Shown piece by piece: positions 1 through 17,207 of a DNA stretch of 64,000 nucleotides (position 1 is the stretch's first letter; the number at the start of each line of letters is the position of its first letter). Origin of the DNA: the human T2T-CHM13v2.0 reference genome, Homo sapiens. The notes under the pieces were generated by a model that did no database searches, had not been told where the DNA came from, and was given only the letters and a program-made list of their open reading frames with translations. A program made the position numbers and the translations under genes. Where the stretch lies: NCBI RefSeq assembly GCF_009914755.1, contig NC_060927.1; one strand, written 5' to 3'.

Positions 1-335
1 GTCATATAGACTTCCAAGTCCTTTCCTTGGAGGTTCTGATTTAGCTGGCCTAGAGTGGGGCATAGAAATATATGTTTTAACCAGAGATCCAGATGATTTC
101 AATGATAAGGGGAAATGTAGAAATAAGTTTTAGAGTTGATATATCTGAGTTGAAATCCTAGTGCCACTTATCAACAGCTATGCGTTGATGTAGCTTTTTG
201 TGTCCTAGTTTGTAGGTGGTTAACACAGATGTTAGTTCCTTTTCTTATATTTTTGCTGATGGAGTCCAGAGTAAGTAAACTTTAAGTGGCCAATTCCTTT
301 CTTCATTACTTGATCATGTCTTAGTACTTTCTAGA

Positions 336-522
336 TGTATGCTGGTAATATTTAACAACTCTCCAGAATAGCAAGCCCTATTTTTGCTTATTTCTGCGGC
401 ATAAAAACACTCATCATGGCCATTTTCTAGCTACCCATATTCAGTCACTAAATGCACAGTTGAGAAGAGATGTACACATTCAGGTCTCATGAGCTGGAGG
501 GTGCCACTCCTTCCAGCCACAC
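336..522 (-). mobile_element. MER63-like hAT-Blackjack DNA transposon fossil
   Basis: Resembles the recalled MER63 consensus in reverse (catggccattttctagctacc...cagttgagaagagatgtacaca...tctcatgagctgg); strongly diverged. Confidence 0.55.
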
Positions 523-1041
523 CTCACATCCATCAGTTTTCTCTTTCTCCTCTCCCTCTGCCCGCTTCTTGTCTCTTTTTTCCTCTCTGTCCCCTCTATT
601 TCTCTCCCTTTCTCTCTGTCTTATTTGTAGGGCTACTTTCTAGAGAAAGTAGAATAAGTTATATCATTTCTTCATTAATTGTTCTGTAAAATGTTTACTG
701 AATCTCTACTGTGTCAGATATCAGAAATGCATAATAGCTTTTTACAGTTCAGTCTGTATGCTTTGTATTTGGCCAGATAAGTTACACGGAAGGAAAATCA
801 TGCAACTTGAGGGGAGAAAAGGCTATCCTGGAAATTAGTGGTTTACACTTTCAGTTGAACTCCCACCACTTCCTATCAATCCTTTTCTTCAGCTCATCTT
901 TCTGCATGCTCTCTCTTTTCTTTTGAAAAGAGGTTACTGGTTATCCCCTTTCTTTCCACTATAAATTGGCAGCTTCTCCCTCTGTTGCTTTGGCCTAATA
1001 CATGGCCAAGTCTCTCCTATCTTAAGAAAACAACAAAAACA

Positions 1042-1432
<391 letters not shown>

Positions 1433-1759
1433 TCACTATAAAATCTTATTCCTTTACACTTAGAGTTCTGGAAAGAGTAGCTTGCTCTTTGTTTTTACTT
1501 TTAACCCTTTACCATTTTCCTTCTGCCCTACTACTTTAGTGAAATTGCTTATGGTAAAGCCAACGTGCCAAATGCAATGAGCACAACAAATTCCTTAACT
1601 TACTGGGCCTCTCTACTACCATTGATGCTGCTAATCCATAACTCCTTGATTATCTTCTCTCACCCAATTTTATATATATTATTGACCTGCTTCTCTTTAG
1701 GTTTCTGACTATATTTCTAGTCTCTGACTTATTCACTGTTTTGTTTTTACACGCTATTT

Positions 1760-1933
1760 CAGTGGTTCTCAAATTTTAGCTGTATCAGAACCACTTGGAG
1801 GGTTTGTTGAATCAGATTACTGAGCCCAGATTTTCTGATTCTGTAGGTCTTGGGTAGAGAATGAAAATTTACTTTTCTAACAAGTTTCCAAGTGATCCTT
1901 CTAGTCTCAGAACTGCACCTCAAGAATATGCTG
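1760..1933. mobile_element. MER5A-type hAT-Charlie MITE
   Basis: cagtggttctcaaa...tatcagaaccacttggaggg...ttctgattctgtaggtct...ttctaacaagtttccaagtgat matches the recalled MER5A. Confidence 0.75.
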
Positions 1934-2323
1934 CTCTAACTTCTTGAGTTCCTCTTTTACTTCCTGTCCTTAACTGGTAACTTGGTCTGTAATTTAACTC
2001 TTCTTGCTAAGTACATTGTTTCTAAATGAATACATTTCTTTTCATGGTTTTGATGGCTTATACCATCTGACACTAAAAATGTTTATCTCTTGTGACGTCA
2101 TGGCCAATTTAGATTAGGATATCCAACTATATGCTAGACATCTTTTATTAATGTCCCAAAGGAATGCCTTGCCCATGGCCAGTCAGTGATGGAGGTGAAA
2201 TTTGAATCCTGACTGTTTGACTTGAATGCCCCTGATTTTAACCATTAACTTCTATTGGGCTCTCATCCTTTTTATGATTTCTCTAGTTCAGACCTTCTTT
2301 GTCTCTGGGAAGATGAAGCTTTC

Positions 2324-2864
2324 TGTTTTGGAGGCATCCAACACTATCCCAAGTTCAGTGTTTCTCTAGCAGGATTCACAGGACTCTACATAGTGGTGTT
2401 TTATTTATGGCCATAATTTACTATAGTGAAAGGATACAAAACAAAATCAATGTATGCAAAAGGTGCATTGGGCAGAGTCTGGAAGAAACCAAGTGTAAGA
2501 GTCTACTCTGAGTGGATTCATACAGCACATGCTTAATTCTTTCAGCAATGAGTTGTAACAACAGGAGTCTAGTAGGGAAGCTCATTAGAGATTTTGCCCA
2601 GGGTTGTCATTGTAGGATGATCACATAGGTACCCATTGCCTAACACATAGCAACATTTTAGTCTCCCAGAAGGAAAGCAGGTGTTCAACGTAAACTATAT
2701 CGTTTGCATACACAGTTCAGGCATAGTAAACTATTTTTATCAGGGAATGCTTGGAACTCTCCTGAAATCTATGTTCCTAGACGTCAGCAAAGGGCCAACC
2801 TTGCAAGCAGGACTTTTGTAAGGATAGCAATCTCAGGCCTTTTATGTTAACCATTTTCTGTACC
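2324..2864 (-). mobile_element. MER21-family solo LTR
   Basis: ggattcacaggactc...gaaggaaagcaggtgttca...agggccaaccttgcaagcagg...tatgttaaccattttctgtac is the reverse of the recalled MER21 LTR. Confidence 0.75.
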
Positions 2865-5800
2865 TTCTAGTGAGCCTTTCCATATACAATATTTTCCTTT
2901 CGCATTTTCATCTCCATATTGCAGCTGAATGAGGTATTTAAAATGCAAATCTGGTCTTACCCATCCTTGGCTTCAAACCCTTTGCAGTGCATCTTTCCTA
3001 GTTCTTGATAAATGGAATAAAAAGGGTTCATTGGGAGAAGTCTTTGGGAGCATAATTTGTATTGCAATTAATGTGCTGAATTTTTAATGTGAGCTATTCA
3101 CCCACTTATTTTAACCTTAGGACTCAGAGGAGTTTCCTACTGAATGCTGTAGTTGAGAATCCCTCTTTTCACCACAGCTCATATATCAGACACATTTGAT
3201 CTTTCCTGACTTTGAACTGACTCAACAATTTAAGTTTTCTTTTCATAGCACTTATCACTTTCTCTCTTGTATTGTAGATTTTTTCTGTACATGTCTCACC
3301 TCTATATTATAAGTTCTTTGAGTTATAATCTCTCTCTTTATTCCTCAAATTAATCTCCAGTAATTCAGTATTTGCCAGTTAGCTTTCAATAACCATGTTG
3401 AAGAACTGAATAAACTTGACTAAAAATGAAAAATAATGATCTGTATTTCATTCTGAAAAAGTTACTTACCTAGTTTTCTTAGTAGCCATTGGTAAACATC
3501 ATTTAAAATAAAGATCCTAATAAACTAAAGGAAACCTGATAGGAATTCAAGTGGAAATTAATTATGAGCCCTTATTTTTAAAAGGTCTGGTCATAAACTT
3601 TGAGTTAGTGTGACTAGAATTAAGTGTATTTGTTTTTACTCTGCATCAATTTTTAATTACTTAGAGCCTTTTATATTCATTTTCTCCCTCTAAAACCACA
3701 TTTCAGTGGAAATTGTCACTTAATTAGGTCTGTGCTAAATGATATACACAGAACTTATTTTTAAGATTAAGTGAAAATGGTAGATTTCTCCTCAGCCAAA
3801 GAAACCGTGTTATTTCTTGGTATCAGACACTTATTATTAATTAATTAGTTCTCCGAAGTGGTATGCTGGTGTATTTTTAAATCGGTTAAGCAAAGACATA
3901 CTCCCAGTGTCCTGATAAGGAGAATTATGAAAATTTATAATTAGTTCATGATAAACAGCTTTTAGTGTCTATCAGGTCTCCTGTAGTAACTTAGTAAAAT
4001 TAAGGGCTTTTAGATTTGGACAGCAAAAGTTAACCAAAGAGAAGTCGACTCAGACATTACTATAGAAAAAAAGTACATAGATACTTTAGCAAATGGATAT
4101 ACTTAGGAAGATATACTTAGCCATCATATGTTGCTATCATTTTTGAAATGCTAAGAGTGCAATATTTAACTTTCATATCTATTATGTGTTGAAAAGTCTT
4201 TTGTGGATATACCATTGTCATACGTCTGTGGCAGCCATAAGCATGTTGTCTCTCTGTGGCTACAATATGCAGATGTATGGTAACAGCTCCATGTAACATT
4301 TTAATGGTGCCTTTTCTAGTCTACTGTGACAAGTAATTCTACTCAGCTTGTCAGCGATGACAGCTGAGACTTTTTGCTTAGATGCCTTGACAGTGCTTGT
4401 ATTAAACAGCCAGAGCCATACACTCCATTAAGTTTCCATAAAATGAACTGCCTGCTTCTTGCTGTTTTGCTGATAGTGGCAGCAGTTGTAAGCTAATCCT
4501 CTCCAGTTGTGGATTGCTCGACTGAGTGCTTTCACTCATCAACAGGTAGTAGATCTCATAGGTTTAGTAGAGTGGCTATAAGGTTGATAGCTATGATAGG
4601 CAGACATAATTTATCTCAACACATTTTTAAAATGGCTATTTACTCTAAATAGGCTGCAAATCTGTCCCTAACTAGGAGAAAACTGACCTTCTAGATGGTG
4701 AATTGATGGTTCTTCCCTAACACATAATTATTCATAGGCTCTTGGTACAAAAGACATAAATATGGGAAGGGTGTGTCTCAGAATAACTATGTCTACTTGT
4801 AAGTGTGTGTGTGCACCAGTAAAAGCTACATGTTCCCTAATATGTCAAAGTACATTTAAGAGGAAATAAATCAGTATCCTTCAATGTCTTAAGCAAAGCT
4901 AGATCATTAGAAATACTGATACCTGATTATTTTCAAATATGTGGGGAAATATAAATTTTACTTTTTTTCTCTTTTAAATAGATGATGATCCATTTAGGCT
5001 GTTTCTTATGCCATTTATGCATTGTATTAAACTCTTGTGTTTATTCTTCTCCTTCCCCTGCCGTAAAACAGAACTATGTATGATAATTCTTCTCTAGGTG
5101 TTACAAAGACTGCTTTCGTCAACAAATCCCTGGTATTTGACCTGAAAAACAATGAAAGCCTTAGTGCTCAATTTTTAGGCAGTTTTTATATTCTATCTGG
5201 CATCACTGGGCATTATCAATAGTGGAGTAAGTCTTTGAAGAAGACAAATAAGGAAAGAAATGTTTACAAGGTTGAGCATTAGACTTGATAGAAATTTTAA
5301 GAATTCAGTGCTAGCTTCAAGTAACTTAGATAGGAATAGCATTATTTATAATATTCTATGTAGTTTACAGTATTCTTTATAGTATTCTATTTTTTTCAAA
5401 AAAAACTAATCCTTTATAATATATGATAATCCCTTACAGTGTCTCCTTGGATTTTTATGCCTCCCCACACTTTAGTGAAACAAGAAAGTTTCAGTGTGGT
5501 TTCTGAATACAATTTTTGCAGATAAAACCAATAATATAGATTTGGAAATTAAGTTGTGCTCAGAGCTTTTCAACCTTTAGCACGGGGATTAAGTACATTG
5601 TTGGTAGTATATGAGGAATTCTTTTTTTTAATCTTAAAACAATTTTATTTAGAGAGTTCAAGAATAGTTGGTCAAATACAGTTGGCCAAATTACTGTTTA
5701 CAATATACCTTCAGTGACATATGTATTTCAATATATGGCTATATGGTTTTCAGATATATATATTGATTCTCGAATTCCCTAACTTCTCTAAAGTCTTGGA

Positions 5801-5886
5801 TTATAATTTAAAATTTAAGATTTGTCTTTGAAGAGTCAAATATAATTCTTATTTAAAATTTTTAATTTTTGTGAGTACACGGTAAG

Positions 5887-6262
5887 TGCATTAGTCTGTT
5901 CTTGCACTGCTATAAAGAAATACCTGAGACTGGGTAATTTATAAAGGAAAGAAGTTTAATTGGCTCATGGTTCCACAGGCTGTACAGGAACTATGGCTGG
6001 GGAGTCCTCAATAAATTTTAAGTCATGACAGATAAGAAAGCAGGCATGTCTTACATGGCTGGAGCAGGAGGAAGAGAGAGTGATGGGGGAGGCACCAAAC
6101 AATTTTAAACAACCAGATCTCCTGATAACTCTATTATGAGAATAGCACCAAAAGGGGAAATCTGCTCCCATGATCCAGTCACCTCCCACCAGGCCCCATC
6201 TCCAACACTGGATTACAATTCGACATGAGATTTGAGCAAGGACATGAATTCAAACTATATCA
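5887..6262 (-). mobile_element. MSTA-type MaLR solo LTR inserted in the L1 3'UTR
   Basis: tgcattagtctgttcttgcactgctataaag...caaactatatca termini; 5-bp TSD gtaag/gtagg (5882-5886, 6263-6267). Confidence 0.9.
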
Positions 6263-9200
6263 GTAGGTATATTTATTTATGGGTTACATGACATATTTTG
6301 ATACAGGCATGCAATGCATAATAATCACATCAGGGTAATTATGGTATACATCACTTCGAGGATCTATTCTTTGTGTTTCAAACAATCCAATTATACTCTT
6401 TCAGTTATTTCATAGAAGTACAGATATCTCTTCAATATACTGATTTTCTTTCTTTTGAGTATATACCTAGGAGTGAGATTTCTGGATCATATGGTAGCTC
6501 TATTTTTAGTTTTTTGAGAAACCTCCAAACTGTTCTCCATAGCAGTTGTACAAATTTACATTCACACCAACAGTTGTGCGAGGGTTTCCTTTTTCTCCAC
6601 ATCCTCACCAGCATTTGTTACTGCCTGTCTTTTGGATAAAAGCCATTTTAACTGGGGTGAGATGCTATCTCATTGTAGTTTTTATTTGCATTTCTCTGAT
6701 GATTAGTGATGTTGAGCACCTCTTCATATACCTGTTTGCCATTTGTATGTCTTCTTTTGAAAAGTATCTATTCAGATCTTTTGCCCATTTTAAAATCAGA
6801 TTATTAGATTTTTTTGCTATAGATTTGTTTTCAGCTTCTTATATATTCCAGTTATAAATCCCTTCTCAGATGGGTAGTTTGCAAATATTTTCTCCCATTC
6901 TGTGGGATGTCTGTTCACTTTGTTGATTGTATCCTTTGCTATGCAGAAGCTTTTTAACTTGATGTGATCCCATTTGTCCATTTTGGCTTTGGTTTCCTGT
7001 GCCTGTGGGGTATTTCTTAAGAAGGTTTTGTCCACTCCCATGTCCTGGAGAGTTTCTCCAATGTTTTGTTGTAGTAGTTTCTTAGATTGAAGTCTTAGAT
7101 TTAAGTCTTTAATCCACTTTGATTTGATTTTTGTATATGGCAAGAGACATGGGTCTAGTTTCGTTCTTCTGCATATGGATATCTAGGTTTTCTAACACCA
7201 TTTGTTTAAGATAATGTCCTTTTCCCAGTATGTGTTCTCAGAAACTTCGTTGAAAATGAGTTCACTGTAGATGTGTGGATTTATTTCTGGGTTCTGTATT
7301 CTGTTCCACTGGTCTACGTGTCTGTTTTTATACCAGTACCCTGGCATTTTGGTTACTACAGTTCTGTAGTATAATTTGAAGTCAGGTAACTGAGCATAGC
7401 TTTGGCTATTCTGAGTATTTTGTGGTTTCATATAAATTTAAGGATTGTTTTATTTTTCTATTTCCATGCAGAATTTCCCTGGTATTTTGAAAGGGGTTGC
7501 ATTAAATCTGTAGATTACTTTGGGTAGTATGCACATTTTAACAATATTGATTCTTCCAATCCATGAACATGGAATATCTTCCGGTGTTTTTGTGTCCTCT
7601 TCAATTTCTTTCATCAGTTTTTATAGTAGAGAACTTTCTTTCTTTGGTTAACTTAATTCCTAGGTATTTAATTTTATTCATACCTACTGTAAATGAGATT
7701 ACTTTCTTGGCTTCTTTTTCAGATTGTTGACTGTTGGCATATAGAAATGCTACTGACTTTTGTATGTTGATTTTATATTCTTCAACTTTACTGAATGTGT
7801 TTATCAATTGTAATAGTTTTCTTGTGGAGTCTGTAGGTTTTTCCAAATATAGGATAATATAATTTGAAAATTATATTTCAAATATAATTTGACTGATTTT
7901 GTTTTCCAATTTGGATGCCCTTTATTTCTTTGTCTTTGTCTTCTCAGATTGCTCTAGCTAGGACTTCTAGTACAATGTTGAATTACTGTGATGATGGTGA
8001 TCATCCTTGTTGTATTCCAGATCTTAAAAAAGACTTTCATATTTCCCTCATTTAGTATGATATTAGCTGTGGGTTTGTTATACATTGCTTTTCTTATGTT
8101 GAAGTGTGTTCCTTCTATACCCAATTCATTAAGGATTTTTATTATGAAGTGATGTTGAAATTTATCAAATGATTTTTCTGTATCAATTGAAATGATCATA
8201 TGGTTTTTATTCTTCATTCTGTTGATGTAATGTATCACCCTGATTGATTTGTGTATGTTGAACCATCATTACATTCCTGCGATAATCCCACTTGGTAATG
8301 ATGAATTTGTTAAATTCAGTTTGCTAGTATTTTGTTGAGAATTTTTGCATCAATATTCATCAGTGATATTGGCCTGTAGTTTTATATTTTTTTATTTGTC
8401 TTGGTCTTGTTTTGATATCAGGATAATGTGGGCCTCATATAATGAGTTTGGAAGAATTTTCTTTTCCTGTATTTCTTGAATAGTTTGAATAGGATTGGTA
8501 TTAGTTCTTCTTTATGTTTGGTAAAATTTAGCAGTGAAGCAATTGGGTCCCAAGTTTTTCTTTGCTGAGAGACTTTTTATTACAGCTTTGATCTTATTAC
8601 TTGTTGTTGGACTGTTTCAGGTTTTGGATTTCTTCATGGTTTCATCTTGGTAGGTTGTATGTGTCTAAATTTGTCCATTTTCTGTATATTTTTCAATTTA
8701 TTTGCATGTAATTGTTCATAATTTCCACTAATGATTCTTTGAATTTCTGTGATATCAGTTGTAATATCTCTTTTTTCATCTCTGATTTTATGTATTTGGG
8801 CCTTCTCTCTTTTTTTCTTAGTCTGGCTATAAGTTTATCAATTTTGTTTAACTTTTCACAAAACCAACTTTTAATTTCATTTATCTTTTATGTATTTTTT
8901 CCAATTTTATTAATTTTTTTCTTCTACTAATTTTGGGTTTGGTTTGTTCTTGCTTTTCTAGTTCTTTAAGATGCATTGTTAGGTTGTTTATTTGAAGTTT
9001 TTTTCTTATTCTATGTAGGCACTTATAGCTATAAACAGCCCTCTTAGTACTGATTTTGCTGTATTCCATAGGTTTTTGTGTATTGTATTTCCATTATCAT
9101 TTGTTTCAAGAATTTTTTAAAAATTTTTTCTCTACTGGCCATTCAGGAGTGTATTATTTAATTTCCATGTATTTGCATTGTTTCTAAAATTCCTTTTGTT

Positions 9201-10019
9201 ATTCATTTCTACTTTTATTCCATTGTGGTCAAAGAAGATGCATGATATTATTTCAGATTTTATGAGTGTTTTAACATTGTTTTGTGACCTTACATATGGT
9301 CTATCCTTGAGGATGGTCCAAGTGCTGTGGAAAAGAGTGTCTATCCTACAGCCATGCGATAAAATGTTCTATAAATATATATTAGGTTTATTTGGTCTAT
9401 AGTGCAATTTATATCCAATATTTTTGTTGTCGTTGATGTTCTATCTGGAAGGTCAGTGCTGAAAGTGAGATGTGCTGATAGTGGGATGTTGGGGTCTCTA
9501 ACTATTATTGTATTTCTCTTTAGCTCTAATAATATTTACTTTATATATCTAGGTGATTCAGTGTTGAGTGCATATATGTTTAAAATTGTTATATCATCTT
9601 GCTGAATTGACCCCTTTATCATTATATAGTGACCTTCTTTGTCTCTTTTAGTCTTTGTCTTGAAATCTATTTTTTCTGATTTAAGTATAGTTACTCCTGC
9701 TGTTTTTTCATTTCCATTGGAATGGAATATCTTTTTCCATCCCTCTATTTTCAGTCTATATGTGTCCTCATAGGTGAAGTGTATTTCTTGTAGGTAATAG
9801 ATCACTGAGTCCTGTTTTTTGTTTTGCTTTCCATTCAGCTACTTCTGTCTTTTGGTTGAAGAGTTTAGCCATTTACATTCAATGTTATTGTTGATAAGCA
9901 AGGGCTTATTCCTGTCATTTTGTTATTCATTTTCTGTTGTGTGTGTGTGTGTGTATGTGGTGTTCTCTTCTTTCCTTTCTTCCTTTCTTCCTTTCATTAA
10001 AGGTAATTTTCTCTGGTGA

Positions 10020-10365
<346 letters not shown>

Positions 10366-11525
10366 CATTGTATGTTTTTTGGTTTCAGTTTACCACGTAG
10401 CTTGCAAATACCATCTTATAACCCATTATTTAAAGCTGATTACAACATAACACTGTTTGCATAAACAAACAAGTAAAAGTAAAACTAGGGGGTCGAGCCA
10501 AGATGGCCGAATAGGAACAGCTCTGGTCTACAGCTCCCAGCGTGAGCAACGCAGAAGACGGGTGATTTCTGCATTTCCATCTGAGGTACCGGGTTCATCT
10601 CACTAGGAAGTGCCAGACAGTGGGCGCGCAGGACAGTGGGTGCAGCGCACCGTGCGCGAGCCGAAGCAGGACGAGGCATTGCCTCACTCGGGAAGCACAA
10701 GGGGTCAGGGAGTTCCCTTTCCTAGTCAAAGAAAGGGGTGACAGACGGCACCTGGAAAATCGGGTTACTCCCACCCGAATACTGCACTTTTCCGATGGGC
10801 TTAAAAAACGGTGCACCAGGAGATTATATCCTGCACCTGGCTCGGAGGGTCCTACGCCCATGGAGTCTCTGATTGCTAGCACAGCAGTCTGAGATCAAAC
10901 TGCAAGGTGGCAGTGAGGCTGGGGGAGGGGCGCCCACCATTGCCCAGGCTTGCTTAGGTAAACACAGCAGCCAGGAAGCTCGAACTGGGTGGAGCCCACC
11001 ACAGCTCAAGGAGGCCTGCCTGCCTCTGTAGGCTCCACCTCTGGGGGCAGGGCACAGACAAAAAAAAAAGGACAGCAGTAACCTCTGCAGACTTAAATGT
11101 CCCTGTTTGACAGCTTTGAAGAGAGCAATGGTTCTCCCAGCATGCAGCTGGAGATCTGAGAACGGGCAGACTGCCTCCTCAAGTGGGTCCCTGACCCCTG
11201 ATCCCCGAGCAGCCTAACTGGGAGGCACCCCCCAGTAGGGGCAGACTGACACCTCACATGGCCGGATACTCCTCTGAGACAAAACTTCCAGAGGAACGAT
11301 CAGACAGCAGCATTTGCGGTTCATGAAAATCTGCTGTTCTGCAGCCACCGCTGCTGATACCCAGGCAAACAGGGTCTGGAGTGGACCTCTAGCAAACTCC
11401 AACAGACCTGCAGCTGAGGGTCCTCTCTGTTAGAAGGAAAACTAACAAACAGAAAGGACATCCACACCAAAAACCCATCTGTACATCACTATCATCAAAG
11501 ACCGAAAGTAGATAAAACCACAAAG

Positions 11526-12538
11526 ATGGGGAAAAAACAGAGCAGAAAAACTGGAAACTTTAAAAAGCAGAGCGCCTCTCCTCCTGCAAAGGAACGCAGT
11601 TCCTCACCAGCAATGGAACAAAGCTGGACGGAGAATGACTTTGACGAGTTGAGAGAAGAAGGCTTCAGACGATCAAACTACTCTGAGCTACAGGAGCAAA
11701 TTCAAACCAAAGGCAAAGAAGTTAAAAACTTTGAAAAAAATTTAGACGAATGTATAACTAGAATAACCAATATAGAGAAGTGCTTAAAGGAGGTGATGGA
11801 GCTGAAAGCCAAGGCTTGAGAACTACTTGAAGAATTCAGAAGCCTCAGGAGTCGATGTGATCAACTGGAAGAAAGGGTATCAGCAATGGAAGATGAAATG
11901 AATGAAATGAAGCAAGAAGGGAAGTTTAGAGAAAAAAGAATAAAAAGAAATGAACAAAGCCTCCAAGAAATATGGGACTATGTGAAAAGACCAAATCTAC
12001 GTCTGATTGGTGTACCTGAAAGTGATGGGGAGAATGGAACCAAGTTGGAAAACCCTCTGCAGGATATTATCCAGGAGAACTTCCCCAATCTAGCAAGGCA
12101 GGCCAACATTCAGATTCAGGAAATACAGAGAACACCACAAAGATACTCCTCGAGAAGAGCAACTCCAAGACACATAATCGTCAGATTCACCAAAGTTGAA
12201 ATGAAGGAAAAAATGTTAAGGGCAGCCAGAAAGGTCGGGTTACCCACAAAGGGAAGCCCATCAGACTAACAGCGGATCTCTCGGCAGAAACTCTACAAGC
12301 CAGAAGAGAGTGGGGGCCAATACTCAACATTCTTAAAGAAAAGAATTTTCAATCCAGAATTTCATATCCAGCCAAACTAAGCTTCATAAGTGAAGGAGAA
12401 ATAAAATCCTTTACAGACAAGCAAATGCTGAGAGATTTTGTCACCACCAGGCCTGCCCTAAAAGAGCTCCTGAAGTAAGTACTAAACATGGAAAGGAACA
12501 ACTGGTACCAGCCGCTGCAAAATCATGCCAAAATGTAA
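11526..12538 (+). pseudogene. L1 ORF1p (RNA-binding chaperone), disrupted
   Basis: MGKKQSRKTGN... start; premature TGA at 11817-11819; frameshift near 12230; natural stop at 12536-12538. Confidence 0.92.
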
Positions 12539-12601
12539 AGACCATCGAGACTAGGAAGAAACTGCATCAACTAACAAGCAAATCAACCAGCTAACATCAT
12601 A

Positions 12602-16423
<3,822 letters not shown>

Positions 16424-16897
16424 ACAGTGAGAACACATGGACACGGGAAGGGGAACATCATACTCTGGGGACTGTTGTGAGGTGGGGGGAGGGGAGAGGG
16501 ATAGCATTAGGAGATACACCTAATGGTAAATGATGAGTTAATGGGTGCAGCACACCAGTATGGCACATGTATACATATGTAACTAACCTGCACATTGTGC
16601 ACATGTACCCTAAAACTTAAAGTATAATAATAATAAAATAAAAATAAATAAAAAAAAGTAAAACTAATACACACTCTACAACTTAACTTTATCCCTCTGC
16701 TCTTTAACTTTTGTTCTTTCTGTTTATATCTTATTGTACAGTCTATGTCTTTAAAAGTTGTCCATTTTTTGATTTGTTCTTTTTTAGTCTTTCTAATTAC
16801 GGTAGGAATAGTGTACATACCACGGATACAGTGTTACAATAATCTGGTTTTCTGTGCACTTACTATTGCCCGTGAGTTTTGTAGCTTCGATTATTTC

Positions 16898-17207
16898 TTT
16901 TTTGTTTTCTTTTTTCTTTTTTGAGACGGAGTCTTGCTCCATCACCCAGGCTGGAGAGCAGTGGTGTGATCTCGGCTCGCTGCAACCTCTGCCTCCCGGT
17001 TCAAGCTATTCTCTTGCCTTAGCCTCCTGACTAGCTGGGATTACAGGTGCATGCCGCCACGCCTGGCTAATTTTTGTATTTTTTTTTTTAGTAGAGACGG
17101 GGTTTCACCATATTAGCCAGGCTGGTCTCAAACTCCTGACCTTGTGTTCCACCTGCTTCTGCCTCCCAAAGTGCTGGGATTACAGGTGTGAGCCACTGCA
17201 CCTGAGC
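16898..17207 (-). mobile_element. AluS SINE nested in the old L1
   Basis: Reverse Alu; TSD gat(t/g)atttctt at 16889-16899 and 17209-17219. Confidence 0.93.

Noticed and set aside
5098-5150. Acceptor-like ttcttctctag followed by a short open frame
   Set aside because: No convincing donor and no recognisable peptide
5838-5852. aattctta shared with ~20121 as the TSD of the old L1
   Set aside because: Too short and AT-rich to distinguish from chance
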